The notes under the pieces were generated by a model, which ran no database searches, was not told the DNA's origin, and saw only the letters and a program-made list of their open reading frames with translations. A stretch of DNA of 64,000 nucleotides from contig OZ024742.1 of the NCBI GenBank assembly GCA_964016885.1, forward strand, positions 133,424,001 to 133,488,000, given 5' to 3'. The position numbers and the translations under genes are program-made. This DNA is from Eledone cirrhosa (Eukaryota). Numbering within the stretch: position 1 is the first letter of the stretch; every line of letters begins with the position of its first letter. Below are positions 26,130-38,205 of the stretch, one piece after another.

Positions 26130-28095
26130 ATGGACGAACAGAAAGTATGCCGAAAGAAGGCACGTGGTACAAAGGACCAGTTACTTATTGATAAGATGGT
26201 AATGAGGAATTGCAAGAGGAGACACACTGGTCTTGCCATGGGATGGATAGACTACAAAAAGGCATTTGACATGGTGCCTCATTCTTGGGTCACCAAAAGG
26301 CTGGAGATCTTCAAGTTGGCAGATAACATCAGACAGTTGTTGGGCAAAAGTATGAAGTCCTGGGAAACAGAGTTAACATCAACTGGAGAATCCTTGGGAA
26401 GCGTGAAGATCAAGAGAGGTATCTTCCAGGGAGATAGTCTGTCCCCTCTGTTGTTTGTCCTTGCCCTGATGCCCCTGACCAGTGTACTGCGAAAAGTGAG
26501 AGCAGGATACAGGTTGGGAAAGGGAGGGCTTACCATCAATCACCTCCTATTCATGGACGATCTTAAGCTGTTCGGGAAGAGTGAGAAGGAGTTGGATGTG
26601 CTTGTTGACACTGTCCGTATTTTCAGCAATGATATATGTATGCAATTTGGTATTAGTAAGTGTGGAGTCATTGTGATGAAGAGGGGTAAGTTGAGCAGAA
26701 GTAACGGAATCCAGGTACCAACAGGTGAGATGATAAAGGAAATTGACTCTGAAGAAGGATACAAGTATTTGGGCGTTCTCGAGGCTGATGACATCAAGAA
26801 CAAAAAAATGAAGGAATTGATAAGAACTGAATACATTCGGAGAATAAGGAGCGTATTAATGTCACATCTGAACAGTAGGAATGCCATAAGTGCAGTACAT
26901 TCCCGAGCTGTGTCTATTATTAGGTACAGTGCGGGAATTCTGAGATGGAATGTTGCTGAACAAAAAGAAATGGATAGGAAGACTAGGAAGCTATTGACTA
27001 TCTACAACATGTTCCACAAGAGGAGTGATGTCGATAGACTCTACTTAAGGAGATCTGAAGGTGGAAGAGATCTTATCAGCATAGAGGATTGTGTTCAGGT
27101 GGAGAAAAACAACCTACGCAAATACGTGACTGGTAGTAAGGAGCCAATGCTCAGAACTGTACTGAAGGAGGGGACAATAGGCCAGGGGATGTCCAAGGAG
27201 GAAATAACATCAAGAAGAAAGAGCAGCCTTCAGGAAAAATCCCTTCATAGTACCTTCTTTGAGAAAACTAAATTTAGAGATTCACAGACATGGAACTGGT
27301 TGAAAAGAGGAGACCTTAAAAAGGCTACACAAGGAATGTTAATGGCTGCGCAGGAGCAGGCCCTCAAAACGAAGTGGTTAAAACACCATATTTACAAGGA
27401 GGAGGCTAGCCCACTGTGCAGGATCTGTGGAGAGAGAGAGGAGACTGTGGCTCACGTTGTATCCGAGTGTAAACACCTAGCCCAGACTCACTATAAGGGC
27501 TGGAGACATGATGTGATGGGCAGGATGATCAACTGGCATCTATGCAAAGTAAACAATTTACCACATTCTGAGAAATGGTATGAGCATAAGCCAGAGGCGG
27601 TGATAGAAAACGATCAGGTGAGGGTGCTGTGGGATTTTAGGATACAGACGGACAAGAAACTGGAACACAATAGACCTGACTTGGTGGTTGTGGACAAATA
27701 AAAAAATCGTGCCTGATTGTGGATGTGGCCTGCCCATTCAACACGAGAGTGCAAGAGAAGGAGAGGGAGAAAATGTTACCGATACCAGGACTTAAAGTGG
27801 GAGGTAAAAAGGATTTGGAACTGCCGTGAAGTCAAAGTGATCCCGATTGTCATAGGCGCACTATGGACTATCTCAAAAAGTTTCCAGGGATGGTTAAAGA
27901 AAATTGGCCCCTTCACGCTTTTTGGAACGCTTCAAAAGGCATGCTTGCTGGAAACAGCAAGAACCCTCCGATACGTCCTGAATATCTGAGGCTGCAGGTA
28001 GTGGCTTGATATTCATTTCAACAAACTTTCCAGTTAACTAACATCAATGACTGAGATTCAAAGAGTAATAACAACAATAATAATAATAATAATAA
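26130..28095 (+). mobile_element. R4/Dong-clade element, family B, 5'-truncated, (TAA)n tail
   Basis: 523-aa ORF with [26 protein letters not shown]....C, RHD, RPD; 3' UTR matches 12980-13089. Confidence 0.95.
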
Positions 28096-28870
28096 AGCAC
28101 CAGACTCAGCTCTCAGAAAATTCGGATCCATAATATCCTGTTATATCGCTCAAATATTCAATTTTGTAATATAAATTTTATATTCAATAAAGAAAATGGT
28201 TATAAATGGAAGAAAACCCCCTCTGTCTACACTATATAGAACAGCCAAATAACAGCAATTTCACCAACACCACAAACTAGATACACCACCTATCCCATCA
28301 CCCTTCTGTGTACACTAAATACAACATCCAGATAACGACAATTTCACCACCACCAATCCCAGCATAATAATAATAATTACTATTATTGTATCTCAAGTTT
28401 TCTCAAAATGTTTAATTCAAATATTAAAGGAATATGTCAACACATATATTAAACATACGCGCTAAACCGCATAGATACACAGATCAAACAAACTCATACT
28501 ACTACAGTCTATTCAACAAAACTCAATAACGACAACGCCATAACTATAGTCACCGCCGCCGCCGCCCATCCATCATTGCTACCACTATCCCATCACCGCC
28601 GCCACCATTCCTTCATCGCTACCACCACTATTCCCCCCACTACCTTCTGTTAACTTAAGAAAGTGGAAGGTGGCGGTATCACTAGACAAGGTAGAGGCTA
28701 GCAAAAGATATAAATAGACTGACTTAGTGACTCGGTCAAACGTCAACGACTATGGCACTGCTGGCTCCCCCCTTCCCCACCAACAATAGAAAAAGTCCCA
28801 GCACCACCACCGACATAGCCAACAACAATAACAGGTAACTTCAGCAAAATGTATATTATATTATTAATAA

Positions 28871-31800
28871 TTTCATTCTTAAGCCACGCAATGCTCACAT
28901 TAAGGAACCACTCATGATAATAACAATTTAGAAAACAACCAAAAAGAAAACCCCGTGACCAAGAAATACCGGGATGGCGGCCGGCGAGGAATAGTCGTGT
29001 CTCTAGGGTAGGACGACCCCACTAGTCTTGGTTGACACTCGTCCTAGAAGTGGCAACACGAAATGATTACCTCTTGGCGGTTAAGGATAAAACGCGACAA
29101 AATAAAGTAAATGTCAAATGATAAAATCTCATACCGGATCGGCCGTCACCCGGGTCAAAAAGGGCCGCGTCCCTCAGAGAGGAACCAGACTGGGGTCGAA
29201 AAATCAGCTAGTGATTCAATCCTTCCCATCACTTCGGAGCTGGAGACCTCCCATAACTGGAATACTCCCACTGTTGGCCCTCCATGATCACCACCAAGAA
29301 ATCCAAAGGAAAAGAGAGCAAAATGGTCAAAGGAAGACAATAAAGAAGCCATTGAGGCTTTCTACACTGCCATGTAGTACCCATCAAATAGATCGAATAC
29401 AGAACAAACATATATCAACTGGAAAAAGAAACATCCCGAAAACAAAGGCTATATTGACAGTAACAAACTAGCCAACATACGAAGAAATATTGTTAAAAAA
29501 AAGTTACTAACTGAAATTGATCAGATCAAGCTATTAGCACAAAGTCAGCGAAGGGAAAATGAAACATGTGTCAGTGAAAACGAGGTAAATTGTAACACTT
29601 CAAATCCCAGGGTTGGGGCGGAATCACTGACAACAGAACAAATAAAGAAAGGATCGAAAAAGTGGAGGGAGTGCATGCTCAAGATGAAACTCAAAATGAA
29701 AACAATGAGATCGTAAATGATAAAGAAATGAATGAGAATGAACTTGCCAACTTGAAGGATGAAATTATGATCGAATGGATGAAAATGAAAGAATCTGACA
29801 TGGGGGAAAGAGACACCCTCCCTAACATCCAGAACCAAAAGATAATACACTAGACTAACATAATTCTCAAAAACATTATCTTCACAATCAAACTAAACAT
29901 TACTGATTTAAATCATCTCTATTATGCATCGGCTAAAGTCACCACTCACTTATGTGGAGTGAAAATGAAAAAACAAAGGAATTCCCACAAGAAATCTACT
30001 TGACAAGAGAATATCAATCGCCAAATAAACCTTCTCCGATCTGACATAGAAATGTTAACAAACTACAAAGTCGGTGAACATGTTAAACAAACTAAAACTA
30101 GAAAATTGAAAAGAAAGTACAGTATAAAATCAACAAGTGACATAGACATGCTGATAGAAATAATCAAGCAAAAAGTGTCGGCCAAACCTGGTCGTATAAG
30201 GCGCTTTGAAAAACGATCTAGATTCTATAAGGACAATAATATATTCAAAAACAACCAAAGAGACTTCTACAGAAAAATTGGCAAGTCAATAATAACTGCT
30301 AAATCAATACCACCCAAGGAGGAAGTGCAAGAATTCCGGGAAAAGATCTGGGTCGAAGAAAAAGTTCATTATATACATGCCCCATGAATAGACGGACAAA
30401 TGAAAGATACAGCTCACCTTGAGGAACAACTATGGGAAAATATAACAGTTGAACAGTTGCGCATAGAAATCCCCTGGAAAAGACAAAATACCAATTTTTT
30501 GGATAAATGCCTTCACAGAGTCTCATGAGCTGTTAGCCCAACTTTACAATGAAATAGTTAAGGAGCCAGAAAAGATACCATCATGGCTAGTTAACGGCAT
30601 TACATTCCTACTTCCCAAACAATCCCAAACATTACAGACCGATAACTGGCTTAACCACAATGTATAACATTTTAACATCAGTCCTAACTGAATATACATA
30701 TGACCCCCTGATAACAAATGACCTATTTCACAACGAGCAGAAAGGGTGTAACGAGGCTCATACGGCTCTAAGGATCAGCTTTTGGTTAACAATATGATAC
30801 TGGAAGAGTGTCATAAGAGACCCAACAATCTATCAATTGCTTGGATAGATTATAAAAAGCATTCGATAGTTTGTCACACAGTTGGATTGAAAAATGTTTA
30901 CAGATTTTCAAAATATCTCCCGTTGTCAGGCGGTTCTTGTCATTCAGTATGAAGACATGGAAAACGACACTCCTGTTGAATAGTGAACAAAAATCACTGG
31001 AAGCTGGAGAAGTTAATATTAATTGTGGAATTGTTCAGGGTGACTCTTTATCACCGATTTTATTCTGCATCGCACTTATACCATTAAGTAAAATTCTCAA
31101 TAAAACAAAACATGGATATAAAGTCTATGACAAAACCATTAATCACTTGTTCTACATGGATGACCTGAAACTATTTGCAAAAAATTATGAGCAATTGCAA
31201 GGGCTATTATCCACTGTGGAGCAGTTCAGTGTTGACATTAAAATGGAGTTTGAACTAGATAAATGCGCCAAAGCAACGTTCACCAGAGGAAAGCTGCTGA
31301 AAAGTTCAGACATTAATCTTGATCGGGGGAATGTGATAAGAGAACTTGATCAAGAGGAAACTTACAAATATCTAGGTGTTTGTGAAGGAGACGGAATCAA
31401 GCACTCGACAATTAGAGAAAGGATAAGGAAGGAATGTTACCGCAGAGTAAGAGCAATCTTAAGCACGGAATTGAATGCAAGGAATAGCATCGATGCCATA
31501 ATAAGGCTTGCCATACCAGTAGTAACCTACAGTTACAATGTCATTAACTGGTCAAGCACAGAGATCCGTAGGCTCGATACAAAAATTAGAAAATTCTTAA
31601 CCATGCACGGAAAGCATCACCCTAAGACAGATACAGATATAATATATCTCCCTAGGAAAGAAGGAGGACGTGGGTTTTTTCCAGTTAGATATTGCGTTGA
31701 AAACTGCAACAATTGGATTATCTACATACCTAAGGGAATCACATGATTGGGTGATCAAACTCGTTTTGAAACACGAAAGCATCAAAAGATGTACAAAGAT

Positions 31801-32833
31801 ACAGTAATGGATTACAAATTTCAGAAGTCCCATTTACTGCTGAAATGGAAAACACAGAGTAACTGCAAATAAAGAACTGCTACAGAAACTGGCTAAGAAA
31901 TGGCAAGAAAAGCCTCTGTATGGAAAATACCCAGAAAGAGCTAACATTCCTGATGTTGACAAAAGTTTAACCCATAAGTGGTTGGCATCCTCTGGACTGA
32001 AATCGGAGACTGAAGGGCTGATTATATCAGCACACGATCAGTGTCTTCCAACAAAAAATGACCAAGCCAACATAATAAAAAATGGATGCAACCCATTATG
32101 CCGTGTATGTAAAAAACAACCATAGACCATTGATCATATAATCTCAATGTGCAGTCCTATAGCTCCAACCGAATACCTAAACAGGCATGACAGAGCTGCA
32201 CAATATATACATTGGATACTGCGTAAGCATTTTGACCTGCCCCATCAAAAGAATTGGTGGGAGCATCAACCACCTCCCTTACTTGAAAAAGATCACATCT
32301 CAATCTTGTGGAACATTAGCATCCAAACAGACCGAAAAATAGATGCAAATAGACCTGATATAATATTGAAGGACTTTAAAAAGAGGGTATGACTGCTAAT
32401 TGATATGTTCGTTCCAATAGACAAGAATGTATCGATAAAAACATTTGAAAATTTGAGCAAGTATAAGGACCTGGAGATGGAAATTGGAAAAATGTGGAAA
32501 TTGAGAACTAAAACAATACAAGTGGTTGTAGGCGCTCTAGGAATGATACCTAAGGGGTCTACTGATTACTTATCGCAAATCCCAGGAAGCCCGCGTATAG
32601 GAGAAATACAAAAGATAGTACTAATGGGAACTGCCCATATACTAAGGAAGATTCTGTCAATATAAGTACATCACAAGTCTAAACACCTAAAGATGCATGT
32701 GTGTGTATGCATGTTCTTTCCTCTTTCTTGAACATGGTGGACCTTGTTGTCTCTTGAGGTCACTGGTTGTTACTTGGTGATAACTCGTATGAGCATAAAA
32801 CAAGATAGATGCAACTATAATAATAATAATAAT
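28871..32833 (+). mobile_element. R4/Dong family A, second copy, more degenerate
   Basis: Colinear with 21571-25613, with many stops and indels; tail taataataataat. Confidence 0.95.
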
Positions 32834-33700
32834 GATTTCTTTATTGACCACAAGGGCTGACATCAAGACAAACATTACAGACGGCAAAGGACGGTACAAT
32901 GTGGGTTTTGTGCTTGTAAATATTATTATTAATTTCAGAAGAAAAGAAAAAAAGACATAGAAACATATATATATATATATATAAACAATAAAAATGAAAA
33001 TTGAAACAATGAAAAATTCCCCAATAGGGGGGAAACCTCCGAGGGTTACTCGTGGCAAAGACCACACAAAAGACTACGGCCACCCTGACCACCAGGGCAA
33101 GCGCCCTCTCTCAATTTTTCCATCTCTCAAACTACAGACGTATATTCAGAGCGGTCCCGTTCACTCGGACCATTCTCGCTACATTCACCCACCTTTCAAC
33201 AAACTTACTAGAAGGCAGCACTTGCCACTCCACCCTGATTTTCCTCTTCAAGTGAAACTTGAAAAAGTTAATTAGGTATTCGCCGAAGAGGAAAGTGTCT
33301 GTATGTAACCCTTTCAACCTTGTCCACCACACAATCGATTTCGCCATGGCCACCTGGCAGATGAAAACCGCCTGTTCTTCTTCTTCGAAGGAAAACGGCG
33401 AGACCATCTGCACAATGGACTCGGATCGGTCCTACACGCGACAGAAACTGTTCGACATAGCTCCACAAGTCAGCAATGCTCGACACTGAACGAGTGCATG
33501 CACGACGGTTTCGTCGTTCTGCGCCATTCTTGGACAGGCTCGGCTGACGGCACTTCCGTGCCTGTAGAGCTTATCGCGAACCGGCAAAACTCCCCGGTAG
33601 CACTGCCAGGCCAGGGATTTCTGGAAGTTATCCATAGGCCCTGGGCGGAAAGTTCTCCGGAAGAGAGCAAAGAGCTGATTTTCTTCGACGCCCAGTCACA
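32834..33700 (-). mobile_element. L1/Tx1 3' fragment, tail to tail with Dong A at a shared (TAA)n
   Basis: MDNFQKSLAWQCYRG, FFKFHLKRKIRVE; 3' end reads gatttctttatt.accacaaggg on the plus strand, as at 17363. Confidence 0.92.
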
Positions 33701-33704
33701 ATTT

Positions 33705-34130
33705 TTCCGTTAAAATCCTGTGGATGGTGCTTCGGGAAACCTCAGGAACCAAAATGCAGAGTGATCCGCCGATCTTTACGCATGTTTTCCTCACCCGATC
33801 CTTTGCTCGTCGGGGATTTCAGTACAACCGGCTATAAACTCTCTACACCACTTGCAAACGTTTTTGACATCATTGCACGACTGTCCATACACTTCCGTCA
33901 ATTGGCGATGAATTTCAATCGGTTCAACGCCTTTTGCGTTCAAAAACCGAATAACTGCGCGAACTTCGCACTTGGCGGTAGCGTTCAACTGGAGATACAT
34001 TCTCAACGGCTGCCAAGCTGAGATTGTGTATCCCAGCGAAGCACCAATCACAATAGTGTTGCCAACAGCCGTACGAACAAATTTTTCTGCGTCCCCATTT
34101 GGAGATATTACTTTTGGGATTGCCCTCGTA
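33705..34130 (-). mobile_element. Mariner transposon 5' fragment
   Basis: Transposase HTH region EVRAVIRFL..EIHRQL.EVYG..V.KW.R.F; terminus TA-CGAGGGCAATCCCAAAAGTAA at 34108-34130. Confidence 0.88.
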
Positions 34131-34159
34131 TATGTAAATTGAAAAGTAAATTGAAAATA

Positions 34160-34700
34160 TCTTCTTCGCTAACGTATTTCTGAGAGCATCTTGAGGGCAG
34201 TGTCCTTATCAAACACTCCTTCCAGCGAGTCTATCAGAAGCAAACATCTCTAACTGATCCAGTTGGATTCCAAGCTCATGGGTTATCCAACTGTGTTGGT
34301 CAGGGTCTACCTCTGGTAGGTTGGTTTTGCCTGTAAAATTTGTCCAGCGATCCTTTCCTGAGACATGCTAACCGCATGACTACAGTATCGGAGCTCTGCT
34401 TTCTCAATTCGGAGTGACTCCCTGATCACCGAGCTATGCACTTTGTCGAGTAACCCTTCGGAGCAACCCCATTTCTACAGCTAGTATTTGCAATTGTATT
34501 GTTTCGGTCATTACCCAAGATTCATGCCCCACGGTAAGGGCTGGCTGGAATACCAGGAAGACAGTGAGTTTGGTTGTTTTACCTACTTACCTTCTGATTA
34601 CTGAATACTAAAGCCGGCATATTGCTGCAATTCTTGCACTTAATTCAGCACTCTGTCTCCCATCACTCTTGAACGCGGCTCCGAGATATTTGAACTCCAT
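34160..34700 (-). mobile_element. RTE-clade (Expander/Rex3-like) LINE 3' fragment
   Basis: Minus-strand translation gives GHESWVMTETIQLQILAVEMG and ELGIQLDQLEMFASDR. Confidence 0.7.
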
Positions 34701-34830
34701 TCAGATGTATATAAATTTAAGCGACTTCTGTCCAGCCGTCCGTCACAAAATGTGCGTGTGGTTGTGTGATTGTATGAGTGTGGAAGGAAGGGGATACCCA
34801 CATATATATGTTTCTAATTTAAAAACAGTG

Positions 34831-34890
<60 letters not shown>

Positions 34891-34896
<6 letters not shown>

Positions 34897-35100
34897 TATG
34901 AAGAGAGAAGAAACATTTAGATATAATTAGTAATAAAATGTATCATACCTAAAGTGCTCCTAGATTCCTCTATATCTTTATGATGTATTGTTTTTGTTTA
35001 TGCCACGAAACTACGTAGTCGAGGAATCTAGGAGCACTTTAGGTATGATACATTTTATTACTAATTATATCTAAATGTTTCTTCTCTCTTCATAATGTAT
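34891..35100. repeat. Perfect 80-bp inverted repeat with a 50-nt spacer
   Basis: 34891-34970 is the reverse complement of 35021-35100. Confidence 0.95.
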
Positions 35101-35253
35101 TTTTAACTCTGATACTGGTTCAGTCTGGTTCAACCGGATTGGTCTGTCCCAGTCATTCATTGAGCAACATCGGTGAGGTTGGCACCCTTAACCCACGGTT
35201 GGGTGTGGATGCATTCATGTATATGTGTGTGTCCGCATGTATCTGTGTGTTTC

Positions 35254-35296
<43 letters not shown>

Positions 35297-35359
35297 CACG
35301 TCTCTAATTTAAGGACGCCGAGAAACTCACGCGCGTGCACATACACACACTGTCCTATT

Positions 35360-35800
35360 ACCATTTATGAGCTTTGGCCCGGGCAAACACCCCCTCAATT
35401 TTAGAACCGTCTAGGTTGCCAGAATAGATGGAGCTGATGGTCTTACCTTGTGCCCCTGTTCATGAGGCAGGGACCGCATCTGGGACGTCACAGTAGTGAC
35501 TTCTTTGCTTCTTCCCACATCCTGGATGCAGCGGAAAGGGCGAGATCTACAGCATCCGCAGCTGAACGCAACAAAATCCTAAAATACCGTGATCTGTCGG
35601 CTAACTAAAATGTCTGTCTTGGGGCTTCGAGACGTTTTGGGGAGTTGCGTTACTGACAGCGAGGTTCTTATCTTCACTGGCGGCTCTCCTAACTGAGGTA
35701 ACTGGTGATACACGTGAGGATAATTATTTGTTCCAGTACCTCAGCCTCGCCTTCACCCGACGTGACGCTGCTAGCGTGCTGGCTCGTCTAAACAATTATT
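35360..35800 (+). mobile_element. CRE-like RLE retrotransposon 3' fragment
   Basis: DGLTLCP..GRDRIWDVTVV, AERNKILKYRDL, YLFQYLSLAFTRRDAASVL. Confidence 0.72.
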
Positions 35801-36013
35801 AGAGAGTTTTCCCCGTTACCCTCGCTATATTGTTATCTTTTGCTCTGGCACCGGTTCGTTTGTCAACCCCTTTCACCTGCCTTTTGTTGCATGTGGTCCG
35901 AGATGTGTGTATTACCTGCTTGTGTGTTATTTTTCTTTCTTTTTTCCTTTCCCTTCCCTTTATATATATTATATTCGTTTGTGGTTTCGTTCTGTAAGCA
36001 TTATATTATCCAA

Positions 36014-36198
36014 GGGCGGTGGATTGGCAGTATCGGTAGAGGGTCGGACGCCATGCTTTCCAGCATAGTTACGTCCCTTTACGATCTGAGTTCAAATCCC
36101 GCCGAGGTTGACTTTGCCTTTCATCCTTACGGGGTCGATAAAATAAAGTAGCAATAATGCACTGGGTAATTGCTGGCCTTGTGCCTAAAGTAGAAACA
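36014..36198 (+). mobile_element. SINE, near full length, with a candidate TSD
   Basis: attatattat at 36000-36009 and 36199-36208. Confidence 0.93.
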
Positions 36199-36549
36199 AT
36201 TATATTATTGTTTTTTTTTACACAACTGAGAATAAACCTGTAACAACAAATGTGTTTAAAAAATAGTTTTAAACTCTGTTGTTAAGAATCGAACGCTGTT
36301 ATGATGCTGTGTGTGTATGGGACCGTTTGTGTAAATGTATATGTGCGTGTGTTTGTGTGAATGTATGTGAGTTTATATTTTGTAAGTTTGTCTGTGTTTG
36401 CGTGATTAGTTATATACTCATACATATAAATGTATGTATATGCACATACGCACACACATACATATACACGTCAGTGTGTTGAAAAGCATTCTAATCTCTT
36501 CATCTTTCTTTTTTACTCTCTCTCTCCCGCTCTCTCTCTTTCTCACTCA

Positions 36550-36596
<47 letters not shown>

Positions 36597-36602
<6 letters not shown>

Positions 36603-37427
36603 GTGGTCCTTCATCAGTGATCTTCCAACCATCATCGGTATTACTTCGCTTTAAAGACCATATACCTCCGGTTGATGCGAGCAACGGCTAAAGAAAGTCG
36701 TTGGGACATGTAAATAAAGGGAACAGCGAGAGTGTAAACAAACAAAGATGGTGAAATGTAACCCATTTGCAACTCCGCAGCACGTTTATTCTCATATTTA
36801 CACATATTTTTTTCCCCCGCTGTGACCCGTCTATTTCGTTCTTACTGCTTCCTCTTTCTCTGTATCTTTACCCTCTCTAACAGTCACTCTCTCTGTTAGC
36901 CTCTTCCTCACCCTTCACTCACTCACTCTCTGTTACTACTTCTCCTCCTCCTCCTTCTTCCCATTTGACCTGTGCGTAATTCTTTTCTTTCGCACGCTTG
37001 GCCAGGCCGGTCAACATTTTTTCTCTCTCTCGTCTACGATTTCACAGAACTTGTGTTTACCGAATTCACGGACTAGACCCCGTCTTCCTCCCGTTAGACC
37101 TGTGCGAAATTCCTTCCTTGCTCACATTTCAACCAGGTTTGATGGTCTTTATTCTCTCTCGTTCACGATATCACCGAACTTATATTCATGGAAATTTGGG
37201 ACTTGACTTGTTCTTCCTCACTTTTCGTTGCTCCACCATCTTTGTTTGTTTACACTCCCGCTGTTCCCTTTATTTACATGTCCCAACGACTTTCTTTAGC
37301 CGTTGCTCGCACCAACCGGAGGTATATGGTCTTTAAAGCGAAGAAATACCGATGATGGTTGGAAGATCACTGATGAAGGACCACTTTATTCATATGTAAC
37401 CTATTTCCAACTCCGCAGCACGTTTAT

Positions 37428-37435
<8 letters not shown>
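36597..37435 (+). mobile_element. Non-coding PLE-pLTR-like element with a 157-bp inverted repeat and an about 42-bp direct repeat, between (TA)n tracts
   Basis: 36597-36753 pairs with 37234-37390; atgtaacc..ctcatat at 36756-36797 and 37394-37435; ctgatgaagg in both arms. Confidence 0.7.
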
Positions 37436-37472
<37 letters not shown>

Positions 37473-37494
37473 GAGACTAATATTCCCACAGGTA

Positions 37495-37784
<290 letters not shown>

Positions 37785-37927
37785 CACTCTGATATATATT
37801 GTATTTTGTATTTATTTTGTATTTCTGGTATATATTGTATTTTGTATTTTGTATTTTATAACTGATATAAAGCACCCTGCTATATATTGTATTTTGTATG
37901 TATTTTGTATTTCTGGTATATATTGTA

Positions 37928-37988
37928 TTTTGTCTGATGAAGGCATACCATCATTTAACTTGGTATCCTTGAAATATGTATAATGAAA
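37928..37988 (+). ncRNA. Minimal hammerhead ribozyme candidate in a short unit between (TA)n tracts
   Basis: CTGATGA agg(c)atacca/tggtatcct(t) GAAAT atgt ATA; stem I ttttgt/atgaaa needs two G-U pairs. Confidence 0.65.
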
Positions 37989-38159
37989 TAAATATGGTTT
38001 TATAAATATAGTTTCCATTTGTTAATATCGTATATATGATTTCTAATGAATGAAACAGTTCTAGTCCTGTAGAATCTCATCTATATTAAAACTTTTATAC
38101 TCTGCTATGTATTGAGTACCTTACTTACTGTGGTTACCTCCGATTCAACCCGGAATAAC

Positions 38160-38205
<46 letters not shown>

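Noticed and set aside
36014-36105. tRNA-like B box
   Set aside because: SINE head; no complete cloverleaf.
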